NCBI GenBank assembly: GCA_051362555.1
Contig: CM120649.1
Location: 14,198,001 to 14,262,000 of the forward strand
Direction of reading: 5' to 3'
DNA from: Lingula anatina
Lineage: Eukaryota > Animalia > Brachiopoda
Length of the DNA stretch: 64,000 bases
Shown one piece after another: positions 14,746 through 26,290 of this stretch; within the stretch, counting starts at the first letter, position 1, and each line of letters opens with the position of its first letter. A program made the translations under genes and the position numbers. The notes under the pieces are model-generated. The model had not been told where the DNA came from, searched no databases, and saw nothing but the letters and a program-made list of their open reading frames with translations.

Positions 14746-15451
14746 TTTTCGCTTTGGTTCCTATGTGGTCTACCAGCTGTCTCTTGGTCCACATTGAGTG
14801 ACCAATTGAACCATCACTTGACTTGAAACTGTGAAAGTCATTAATCTTCACTCCGGCGCTGGTCAATTTTGCCGTTAGGAAGTGAGCCGTTGATTCCCAT
14901 TTTTCTTCGGACAACGATAAGATGGCAGTGTATCTCCATTTCCATAACCTAAAAGCCCGTATAAGAATGTTATGGACATTAATGAGTGGTCCAGCAATAT
15001 TACTCACAGTATTGTAATTCTGTCGATCAGAAAGACGAGGGGAATTACAGCCCCAGGACACATAGGGAGTGTCCCATTTTGACGCAAGGAGTCCAACGGG
15101 AACGCAAACATCATCACATGTGCCACCGATAAAGACATTAACTCCAATATCCTCCAATGATAATGCTGCAGAAATTCCTCCTCTTGAGGTACATTTTGTA
15201 TCTCTCCAGGAATATGACAGTTTTCGGTCTCCCAGCAGAAAGTTGGCCTTGTTAATTTCATTGACTGCAACTAAGACTGCTCCTGCCTGTTGTGTGCCTT
15301 TTCCGCCCTTACAAGTGAATGGAATTAAACCCCCAATTCGAATGTTACCACTGTTTGAGCTGTCATTATCTAAATCACTGTCGTAATTTAGCGAAACTGC
15401 AACGGTCAATGTACAGCTTGTCACAATTAAGGCAAATATTAACAAATACAT
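14746..15451 (-). CDS. Receptor guanylyl cyclase first-exon cassette 2 (signal peptide + N-terminal part of ANF-receptor ectodomain)
   Basis: Open frame from ATG (MYLLIFALIVTSCTLTVAV) through IGGLIPFT...WRDTKC...FIGGTCDDVCVPVGLLASKWDTPYVSWGC to KAK-A|GTAAGC. 706 nt, phase 1, same codon position as the donor of exon 11779-11032. Confidence 0.85.
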
Positions 15452-15540
15452 GTGTCTTTCACTTACAGGAAACTGAAAAAGTTCTTTTCTGGGTATCAAT
15501 GTCCCCACCAATCCATCAAGAAGTCCCGTTGAGATGTTAA

Positions 15541-15735
15541 GTATATCGGGTTTTATATACATTTGTTGTTTCGCCGCATCATACCATTGTATTAATATAC
15601 CTAGATTCTACTTGGAATCATAACACAATCTTGTTCACTGATAATGAAGTACGTAAGCGCAGCAGGCGGTTTTCTCGGAAAACACATACGCTCTTATCTA
15701 TTCATTAGCATGCGATTGTTCTGTCCAATAAATAC
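15541..15735 (-). promoter_or_regulatory. Putative core promoter of cassette 2 (TATAAAA at 15557-15551; CCAAT block ~15725)
   Basis: GTATATAAAACCCGATATAC lies ~100 nt upstream of the ATG. This block and TTGTTCTGTCCAATA are conserved upstream of cassette 3. Confidence 0.55.
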
Positions 15736-15849
15736 AAGTATCAACTCTTTTCAACGACACCTCTAGTCCTAGTAATTTATACTTTAATTGAAAAGCAATT
15801 GCATATATAGCGCCCGTAATTAGAATTAGATTGCTTCCCAGTGTTTTCC

Positions 15850-16760
15850 ATATCTTCAGTACCCCTACAATATGTATATGGTGGCAAAATTGTTTTTACC
15901 TTCGGCGTTTTGAGATAATCCGAGGCCGCTGCCATTTCCAATAAAAATTTGTGGTTATCAACTACATGAATATATGCCTGGGGAAAAAACAGTGCTCATT
16001 ATTGAACTAAGTTTGATTGGCATCGGTTTCGCATCTTTATTACCCGTCTAATTTATATGAGATTGGAATCAAGCAGTTGTCCTTGCATGGACGTTTTGAG
16101 AAATTCCAACATGGCCGCGATTTGCTGTATAATTACTTTGGAATTAACTACTGCCAGGGATGTATTCTCCATTAGCGAATAAAAATCGATCTTTAATATT
16201 TTCCACACTTTTTACAGAATAACTATATGTGGAGAGTAACAAGTGTGTATTCTTAGGTATTTGAATAAAATCTAAAATGCCCTAATTTACCATAGGAATT
16301 AAAACTGTACATACTGTAGGCTTTAACAACTGCAGGGAGATGCCAAATCCATTCTGAAATTAAGTCAAAGTTAGTTTGTTTCTTAATGTTTATCATATCC
16401 TTTTGAGATATTAAAATACCCATATTATATGTATCTGGTGGGGAACAAGCATGTTACCTTGGGTATTTGAACGTAAAATTAAGCCCCCCACTTTTTCCTA
16501 GGAATACTGGTAAATGGGTTTCAATTACTGCCAGAGAGACAAAAAGTCCATAATTATTTCAAATAAAGTTCACTTTAGTCTGTTTCCCACTCTTTACCAT
16601 ATGTCTACTGCCCCTAAGAAGCCATGATTTACATCTGGTATGTAATAGGGGTAGATCTTTGAGCACTTTGAGAAAAACGAAGATGGCCGCCATGTGCTTA
16701 AGAAATACTAGTTTATGGGTATTTATTAGTATTCCCAATACAAATGGCAGTCACCTCGTG
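15850..16760. repeat. Degenerate ~190-bp tandem array (about 5 units), probably transposon-derived
   Basis: Recurring ttttgaga..aa..atggccgc-type motif near 15905, 16092, 16257, 16462, 16666, and t(t/c)aac(t/a)actgc near 15958, 16145, 16323, 16520. Confidence 0.45.
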
Positions 16761-17180
16761 TTTCATTTAAATAAAACCCAAGTGTGTACATTTGGTACAA
16801 CAAGGTGTTTATCGTGGTGATAATAAGGATGTGAGAGGTACTGGCATAACGGATCCAATTGATTAAGATCACATACCCCTGTATCCTTGTGACAGTTATT
16901 GAAAAACAACATACTGGTATGAATTCCTGCGGTTAATGACACCATCTCGGATTTTTCTCATTTACAAAATGATACACACTTGTTCCTCACAAGGCAAATA
17001 TCACAGGGGGAAATAACGATGTGATAAACACTGACAACCAAACTGAATCCAATTTTAATTGTATAACTAACTCTATATTTCTCTAGCAGTAAAACAAAAT
17101 CCAAGAATCAGTATCCCTATGCCAATTGCCAGCTATCTCGGATTTTTCTTGTAACCTACTCTCTATCTATCTATTTACCT

Positions 17181-17217
<37 letters not shown>

Positions 17218-19400
17218 TAATATTGTCCGGTAAGACTAGGTCAGATACCAATTGGGTCTTTGCATTGTTAAAACCATTATGAGCATGTTTATGTCCCCAT
17301 AACAAGTTCCATCACGAGCTCTTTGAAATAAAAAACTTTGATGCATTGGTTTACCTAATCGCTGCATATGGAGCAGACGTGTAGCATCAACCAATTCACA
17401 GATCAGATACATCTATGTCTCCAACAGAGCAATTGCATCTCTAATTTCGTTAGCAGTGGATAGGTGTACACTGTACAAGTTATTAAAGTTATTTAATGCA
17501 AATTATTACATACTGGGCACAAATTCTGAATTTGGATGATGGGATCCTAGTTAAACAATCATATTTAGATGAAGTAATACACTTTGATCTAAAGTCAAAC
17601 ACCAGGCTTGACAACACATTATTTGTCATGGAGTGAAAGGTTTAATGAAATTATTGTAGAAAATGGCTTTGGAATGGTGGATGAGACAGTAAACGGATGG
17701 AACTTTAGTCAGGACATTTAGTGAAAGGATCAGAGACTGTCGCGTGTAACGGTGACAAAGTAACATTTAGTCGAGAAAGTACAAAATATGAAAAAGAAAA
17801 AATAACTTGGAGCAATAAATGATGAGTAAAAACGTGAAGTATTTACGTGATTTCGAGTAATTAGCCACAATGTGCATATTGAAATGGGTAGACATGCCAA
17901 AGACAACCCAAAGCCAGTTGAGGAAAAAATATGTCAAAATTGCAATCTTGAAATCACTGGGGATGAAAAACTCTTTTTGATAACACTACCGTAGATACAT
18001 CAGATACAGATATGAGTTTTACGGGGAAGCTCGATGAGAAAACTCTTGTTTTGAATTTCTGAACGACAGCAATAATGTCACATACAAACTGGTAATGGAT
18101 AACACTAGCTGGGCAGTGGTCATTTCATTAGCACAATTTCTCCATATCTCCTTTGATAAAAGAAAGAGTGCTGCATCTCTCGCTTAGTAATGCAAGGAAA
18201 ACTGAATGATTTCTATATTGCAACTCATTGTGAAGTGTTTTAGTTGTTTTGTATACTGTATAAGCACATGTAATACTGTCACAGTCTTTTCTATATTTAT
18301 TATAATGTCAGTGTACCATCTCAATGCGCTGTGAGAAGAGGCCAGGATATAAGTACGAATATTACCTGTACAAAATCACGGGCGGATATAGGCCGTCTTC
18401 TTTGTCTTCCAGAAGACGGTCAGATTTTAAAGTTTACAGTGATAGGTATATAAATCTTCTGTTGGAAGACGTCAAAATTGGAGGATGGATCAACAAAGAT
18501 AATTTGGAAAACTGTCAGAAAATAGCTCTGAATCCGCCCCTCCAAAATAATGGGAAGCGAACTATGGTTCATAGCGGACCTGCATTCCTGTTACACCGTC
18601 ATATCCACCCTCCAAAATAATTTTTCAGATATTGTTACAAAAAAAAAAAAATACTTTAAAAAAATTAATCGCTAAACTTTGAATGTCGGAACGGATTCAT
18701 AAACCATTGGAAAGTATGGGGAAATTTATCGTTTAACCCAGGAGAATCCGATTATGGCACTTTTCCCAACAAAAAGAAGAGTTGTCATCCTATTAATTTT
18801 CAGCCCCCCCCCCCCCCTTCCAGTATCATCTGATAGGCAATTACACGTAATCATGTCAATTGCCTGAACTAATTTAGCGGTCATATCGCATGCTTGCCTG
18901 CGTTGTCATTCACATTTCTATGTTAACTCTTCATTGATAAGCGCTGGCCTTATCATCTGGGTGATTAGTTGCAGAAAAATCATGGCGACTACTGCTGTTT
19001 ACGTGTACAAGACACTGTGGAACGACTTTATTGTACTATCACCCAGTGCAACCTAGCACAAATATCAATGCTAATACAGTGTCATAAATACTCGTGATTG
19101 TTTAACTATACTCGACCATGATTATGGACTAAGTCACTGAGATTGCAATCCAGTTGGGTTAGATAGTCAGTACATGTTTGGATTAGGAAGAACCCGTATG
19201 TTCTAAATGGAGCCCCATAAACACGTTGCATCCCACGTATTGTACGTTTAAGACCAGCCTATTTTGGGGGGGGGGGGGGGGTCCACTGGAATGCGCTCAC
19301 GGGTGTGTTAATTACTTGGACAATTTTATGTACTTACCAAGCTTTTGGGCGTATAACAAAAACACATTCGTACCTACTCTTAAAACTACGGTACACATCA

Positions 19401-19417
<17 letters not shown>

Positions 19418-19498
<81 letters not shown>
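19418..19498. repeat. (TA)n microsatellite after a poly-A run
   Basis: About 40 TA units starting a few nt inside the cassette-3 donor site; a second (TA)n lies at ~17185-17214. Confidence 0.95.
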
Positions 19499-19499
<1 letters not shown>

Positions 19500-19504
19500 C
19501 TTAC

Positions 19505-20219
19505 TTCTCGCTTTGGTCGCTATATGCTCTACCAGCTGTCTCTGTGTCTCCATTTGGTGATCGTTCCTTAAATATGAACCATCACTTGACTTGAAACTGT
19601 GAAAGTCGTTAATCGTCACTCCGGCGTCAGACAGTTTTGCCGACAAGAAGTGAGCCGCTGATTCCCAGCTTTCTTCGGCCAATGTTAAGATGGCAGTGTA
19701 TCTCCAGCCCCATAACCTAAAGGTCCGTATAAGAATATTATGGACATTAATGAGTGGTCCAGCAATATTACTCACAGTATTGTAATTTCGTCGATCTGAA
19801 AGACGGCGGGAATTACAGCCCCAAGTCACATAGGGAGTGTCCCATTCTGACGCAAGGAGTCCAACGGGAACGCAAACGTCATCACATTCGCCGCCGATAA
19901 AGACATCAACTCCAAAATTCTCCATTGACAATGCTGCAGAAATTCCTCCTCTTGAGGTACAGTTTGTATCTCTCCAAGAATATGACAGTTTTCGGTCTCC
20001 TAGCAGAAAGTGGGCCTTGTTTATTTCATTGACTGCGACTATGACTGCGCCTGCCTGCTGTGTGCCTTTTCCAATCTTACCAGTGAATGGAATTAAGCCC
20101 CCAAGTCGAATTTCACTACTGTTTGAAGTGTCATTTCCTAAATCACTGTCGTAATCTGGCCACACTGCAACGGCCAATGTGCAGCTCGTCAGCATTAAGG
20201 CAAATATTGATACATGCAT
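19505..20219 (-). CDS. Receptor guanylyl cyclase first-exon cassette 3 (signal peptide + N-terminal part of ANF-receptor ectodomain)
   Basis: Open frame MHVSIFALMLTSCTLAVAV...WRDTNC...FIGGECDDVCVPVG...TWGC...KAR-A|GTAAGC. 715 nt, phase 1. Roughly 80% identical to cassette 2 by manual alignment, with only in-frame indels. Confidence 0.85.
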
Positions 20220-20315
20220 TTGTCTTTCGCTTACAGAAAACTGAAAGGTTCTTAAGTTTTGTTTTCGCTAATTAATGTCCACAGCAAACCACAAAGGTGT
20301 GTGTTGAAATACACA

Positions 20316-20515
20316 GTATATCGGGTTTTATACGCAATTGTTTTTTTGCATCAAATCATCCGATTAATATCCTATATATTAATTCTTCCTGGAATCAGCT
20401 CATAACCTAGTTCACGGTTTTCCCGATCATGGTGCACGCATGACACGTTTTTTCTCAGAAAACATATTACTACCCTTATTTATTTGACAGCATGCAATTG
20501 TTCTGTCCAATAGAT
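20316..20515 (-). promoter_or_regulatory. Putative core promoter of cassette 3 (TATAAAA at 20332-20326; CCAAT block ~20507)
   Basis: GTATAAAACCCGATATAC lies ~107 nt upstream of the ATG; motif blocks are collinear with 15541-15735. Confidence 0.55.
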
Positions 20516-23138
20516 ACGCACTGTCTGCTGTGTGACCTTAATAAGCTGACTTTATAATAATAATGCGTAACAAGGGCTCATAAAGCAAGTCAACGTTACT
20601 TTTATTGATATAGTTTTGACTCGCAGTTCTTGCACGTGCGCATTTTAAATGTGACCTTTCTTTGATTCCTTTTGCTACATCTATAATATTCTCCTACAGT
20701 CCCATCAGCGGAATTAATAACAACTAATGTCTCCCATTCATTGCTTTTACTGATTACTCGATTCCAATTCTGAGTTTGACCTTTTGTTCTGCTTTCTTGA
20801 ACCACGCATCATAGTCACAGTGAGATTTCTACAAGAAATAAGTATCTTTAATTCAATTAGTGTATAAATCAAATCCTTGCCAACGTCTAATTGCCAGCTC
20901 ACGTTTCCTGGATCTTTCTTGTTTGCGACAAATCAAAGTGCAACAGGGTTGTTTTAGTGTAAAAAACGGTGGGTCATAGGCAGTTAAATTTGTTATTGGT
21001 CTTCCCTGGTACGTGTTACCCACTTCCAAATAATAATAAACCCTTTCCATGAGTTTGACGGTCTTAAGTGATTCAATTACCATATGACCTTGTCCTTCTC
21101 GCTCTCTTCAGATTTTACTGATTAAGTTATCTCCCTCTATCTCTGAAACCATTGGTCATCCCTCAATAGCCTGGCAGTTTCCACCATCTCTAATACGTTC
21201 CCTATGTCGGTCTTCCATTGTCTGTATGAGATAAATCTCTGGTAAGTTATACCCATCGTAAAAGCAAAAAGAAATTCGAACAGCTAGTAACACTTATATT
21301 AAATTAATGAGGCATATCTGTGTTGTTAGCTTGCCACCGTGTCATTTAAAGTGTGTGCGTTGGTAATTTAGAGTCCAGAAACCTTAATGAAAATTTACAC
21401 TGAGAACCTTCCCTGCTTGCAAACGTCTGTGACATTAAGCCAAGCATTATCTGCTGAAAAAAATACCGCTGATGTATTATATAACTGTGTGCTTTATTCC
21501 AGAACAGTCTGACTTAATTTACCTAGTATAAAGAAATGACAATAGAGATCATACATGGATAAGAGATGTGATATTAAGGTAATATCAACTTCTTTATGTT
21601 ATGTTTGTTACTCACATTCTATGTGTTTGGGGGGGGGGGTAAACGATTTCATGGTCTATTATGTTTTTCAGTTCATATTACAGATAACATCGGCGAGTGA
21701 TAACAGCTAGATCAGCTTATCTGAAATGTTGAGTAGTCTTAGTTTATTGACAACGCAGTGACAATTAACGCACATTAAGTGCCGCTTTTTTCTTCAATAT
21801 CATCCAAAAGCGTCCAACACGAACGGCCTGCATATTGTGTTCTTATACTTTATAGAAGGGTGATCCGAGCACACATTATATTTCCAACAGTTACGTTTTC
21901 ATAAATGAAATAAAGAAAGAAATAGACTGTTAAGCCGACTTAGGATTAGACATACAGGGTGTCACAGAAAAGAGTTCGACAGGTTATGATTATTTGCTAG
22001 TCAAGTAGCTGATCTAGTTATTGGATACACTTTCTGTTTTGTTTTGAATGTCTACATGGTTTAATAATGGGCGCAGGAAATGGAGACGCGGACGATATGT
22101 TTATCTATCACTTGGTGACTGACTCTCATATCCTTTGTGCAATAATGGAAAAGGGATTAAATTTACAAGGAGTGGCACGATATATTTGCAATTGTTTCAG
22201 TTAAGGGTGAAGAAAAGGAGGGGGCAGGAACATCTCGTTTACGGGCCGAGATATACCAACCTATTTAGCGATATGTATCCTTTCTCAATCATATTACAAT
22301 AAAATAATGATAGGAAAACGATAACCGTTATATAAAATAAGCATTTTATTGATATGCAACATGTTGGTATATCTTGCTTGGTTAAGAAGATAACCCCCAT
22401 CGTCTTCATCCTTAATGTATTGATAAATGTGTTAGTCAGAGATATAGAGATAGAAGACAATAGTGCATGGTCATTGACGCCGAGTGTTGAATTAAATACA
22501 GTTCAAAATGCTTTGCACTTTTAACAAGCTTTATTTGTACAGGTTTGAATGCTATACATGTATGTCTCTCATTTTCCAATGCTCAGATATGTACTACTTT
22601 ATTTATAATATATGTGAAGGTCTTGCCTTCAACACAGATGAGAATACTAGTATATGTGAGTATAATTGCTACATAGAATTGTCAGGTCAAAGCCCCTTCT
22701 AAAACAAATGTGCCAATAAAGATATTCATTACACATATGGCACTCAATATCAATAGAGAAAACAAACATAAGATTACGCTTTTATTAGGCACGTAGAAAG
22801 CATGAACATGGACCAGCAGGTCTGGTCATGCACAGAGAACCATGTAGCGTTTTTTGGAAATTTATAGCAGCTTTATTTCCATGTAGTGTCATTTTGTAAT
22901 CATCAATTCAAATCAAATAACTGAAATTCTTAATTAAATCGTTTGTTTCTTAATTCTTTTATAAATCTCTGACAATCAAATTAGAAACATACATTAGTTG
23001 TAGACTGGTCATGTCCTTGATTATCCGCAATTGTGTTGTAATAGGGAGATTGTCTTTCGACATTTACTTTAGTGCTGGAACATTGTAAAGCAACAGGGAT
23101 GCTGGAACAATATGGAACATGAACACAACCGGTACTGG

Positions 23139-25320
23139 CTAATTCAGTGTGACGTAGGACCTCCTGTGAAGTCTTTTATAACCGAGATAGCCGACTATTC
23201 CTCCCAGAAGGACACATGCTCCAACCACACCCACCACAATACCGACTACGTTTGCTTCTAGAATGAAAAAAAAAATTAACAAATATATGACAAAAGCGAG
23301 GGATAATTTTTATGTAATACGTTTGTAAGCATTTTACATGTACTCAATTTCGAGATTTTACAATTTTATTTAGTTAAACTTAATTAAATTAATAAACCCT
23401 TACATGTTATGTGTAACTTCAAAAGTACACTTAAAAAGTATGTACATCGAGAAAAGAATGCAACAGATTACCAGTATGCAGATCGTGTAATAATGATATA
23501 ACAACAACTGAGCTTACTTCGGTATTGTAAAAGTCAAATAGTGCCCACTACCTACATGTATGGATCTATTAGTATTTTAACAAAAAAAAACAAGAACATA
23601 AAAATAAAATATAATGTTGAACTATTACGATGTTTATAACGTACAGATTAAAGAAAAGATTCCGTTACCTTGACCCGACTTTACACGGTGCGCGGCGGCT
23701 GGGGGCGTGTCTACGTCTCCATCGTTACGTGGTGTCACGTGGGATCCAGTCGTACCCTCGTGCTCACCTGACATAACGTAGTATATCTTTGGTTGGCCGT
23801 TCTGTATATTTATGCTCACTTTACCTCCGTTTGCTGTGATCTTATCACTCGTGTCCAGGATGTTTTGGAGAGCTAGATAACGATAATAATGTACGCAGAG
23901 ATGTTATTGCAGTAGAATGTTTATAAAGAGATCAATGTGCTCATTACTTATACGACGCGGTGACCGTGGTTAATCAGAATTGATACAGTTGTATTCATGG
24001 TTTGGTGGGAATTGAAGGCTTTGGAAGAATGTGTTAAATGACATTTCTAGACATGCTTCTCTTTGTGATTTCCTTCATTCCTCGTTTATGCTGCGTTTAT
24101 TGTGGATATATTTCGTGAGTGAACTTCCTTTAAGGCTTTTGATAAATATCCATAATAAGAAATGAATTTCATCTCATCTGTCCTTAAAGGTTTCAATTGC
24201 AGTCATCACTTACTAGTTCCGTCGTGGTACGGGAGGTCTCCAATATCTCGTTGCTCAGTCGATCCTGATCCTTGGTTGGAAACACAGACAAGGACCTGTA
24301 TAAATGACAAAACCGCATTCATTTGTCAACCGAGATTGCATTAACCTCATTGTGGCCTCACCGCAAAAGAGGTATTGATGTTATCTGGTTGTCCACTAAA
24401 GTCAATAAAATTTTTGTGGCGTCACCTAAAGCGTTATTTATGTTATTTTGTCGTCCACTAAATTTAGTAAAATTGATTCCAATTTTTAATACTGATGTTA
24501 TCAAGAATGTATTATGCGTGATCTCCAGATGTTTAAGGGCTTATAGAAAAGACTAGAAGTTGCGTTTCAGAACTGTTTTCAAACTGCCAATTTCGTGCTG
24601 ATTATGACTAAAACGATGTCAAATCACACTGCTGCATGTATGAAACGATAAACTGAATTGTTTTCTATCATTAATGGCAATTTGCCCAGTCTCATTAGAG
24701 CCTGACCTTCAAATTTCTCAAAGATTAAAAAAATACAAATGCAATTTGTGAATAAAAATATAATTCTGAGAAGTTAGTGGAGAAAATATTTCGAAATACG
24801 TGAAAGGAACATGTGCAACAGGCTCTGTGAATATAAAATATGAGTGAAAGGGTCTTCTTACGGCCAACGTTTATTTAAAATAGCCGTCATTTTACATGAC
24901 CACATAAACTTCGTATAAACTTGGACAAACACGGCTGTGATTTGAGTAACTGCATGCCAAACGCAGTGAGTGTAGCTGCCAATTTTTTTCAATATATAAC
25001 AGGTTCTTTTCAAATAAAAAAATTTACGTAAAAATGGAAATGGTAGGACTGACAAGGTGACCGTTGTATGATTTTCTAATATTCCTGACTCACTGATTCC
25101 CCATTTCCTCTGGTGAAGGCATAAAAGCTGTCATCCCTCCAACGTTCGTTCTGGGCCGAGTCGAAAAATGCGCTACCCAGTTTATTTCTGAATGCGTTCA
25201 CCTGGGCGATAAACTGAAACAGAATGGTTAAGGTTTCTCATTGTAGTGCTCATTTAACACATGACACAGAGAGCAAATTATATAATTAACAACTGGCTGA
25301 CACCCTCTACATACCCATAT

Positions 25321-25355
<35 letters not shown>

Positions 25356-26250
25356 TATACTTACATATTTATTTTAACAGAAATATGACTATAACGATCA
25401 ATGGTAATTGAGGATTAAGTTTTTTTGACAATTAAGATAGCATACACGTAAATGCAAGTGTTAAGAACTGGTATTTCATCATGTCATTGTATTTTTACGT
25501 TATCAAAAAAAAAAAAAAAATCAGCAAAAACAATAGGACTCTCTCATCCTGGCATTCACCCGGTACATCAAATGGTTGGTGTTGTAATTCGGCCACAGGG
25601 ACTCCCTGTTATACGGATCGTTACCCCCCGCATACGCCTGCTCTGTGCCGTAATACACAATAGGGATCCACTGAAATGAATAGATATAATGGATATCATT
25701 GCATGGTTAGTTATCAGAAATTATGGATTTATATCTGTCAGATAAACCCTTATATTGCCCAGTGACGTCTTCACCATAAAATGATATTAATCGATTTTTA
25801 ACTATTCAGAAAAAAAGGAAAAAACGTAAATCAGACGACAAAGATGTCGAATTTCGGCTGTGCCTGGGCCGATACCACTTTTGTAACAGGGAGCTAGCTG
25901 CAGAACAATATATCAACCGCATCCAAAGTATATTATTGTCTTATGAACAGCGGAATAAAGTGCCCACGTGGAACTTACTCGTGCCATCAGCGTGTATGCC
26001 AGAGCGTTCTTCAGGCTGGTCCAGTCTTTATTGATGCTAAGGAAACGAGGATTGTCATGATTGTCCACGAAACCGCCTAGTACTGTTATATCTTTGAACT
26101 TCGCAGCCTAGAAGGAAGTTGTTTAAAGGCATGTATACGCTACAGATAAATGAATGTGACAAGAATTAATAAGAATTGATTTCTAAGATTTGAATTCCCT
26201 TTGACACCAACATAAATAAATTAATAAATAAAAAGATAAATAATAAAACA

Positions 26251-26290
<40 letters not shown>

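Noticed and set aside
19226-19594. YIYIYI-repeat ORFs (also the poly-I ORF at 4848-5111 and the CVCV/ERER ORF at 33269-33502)
   Set aside because: These are translations of microsatellites.
21953-21995. Tc1/mariner-like TA-CAGGGTG terminus (similar single ends at ~6347, ~41143, and TTAAAGG ends at ~61173 and ~61465)
   Set aside because: No matching partner TIR was found by eye, which is too weak to call an element.
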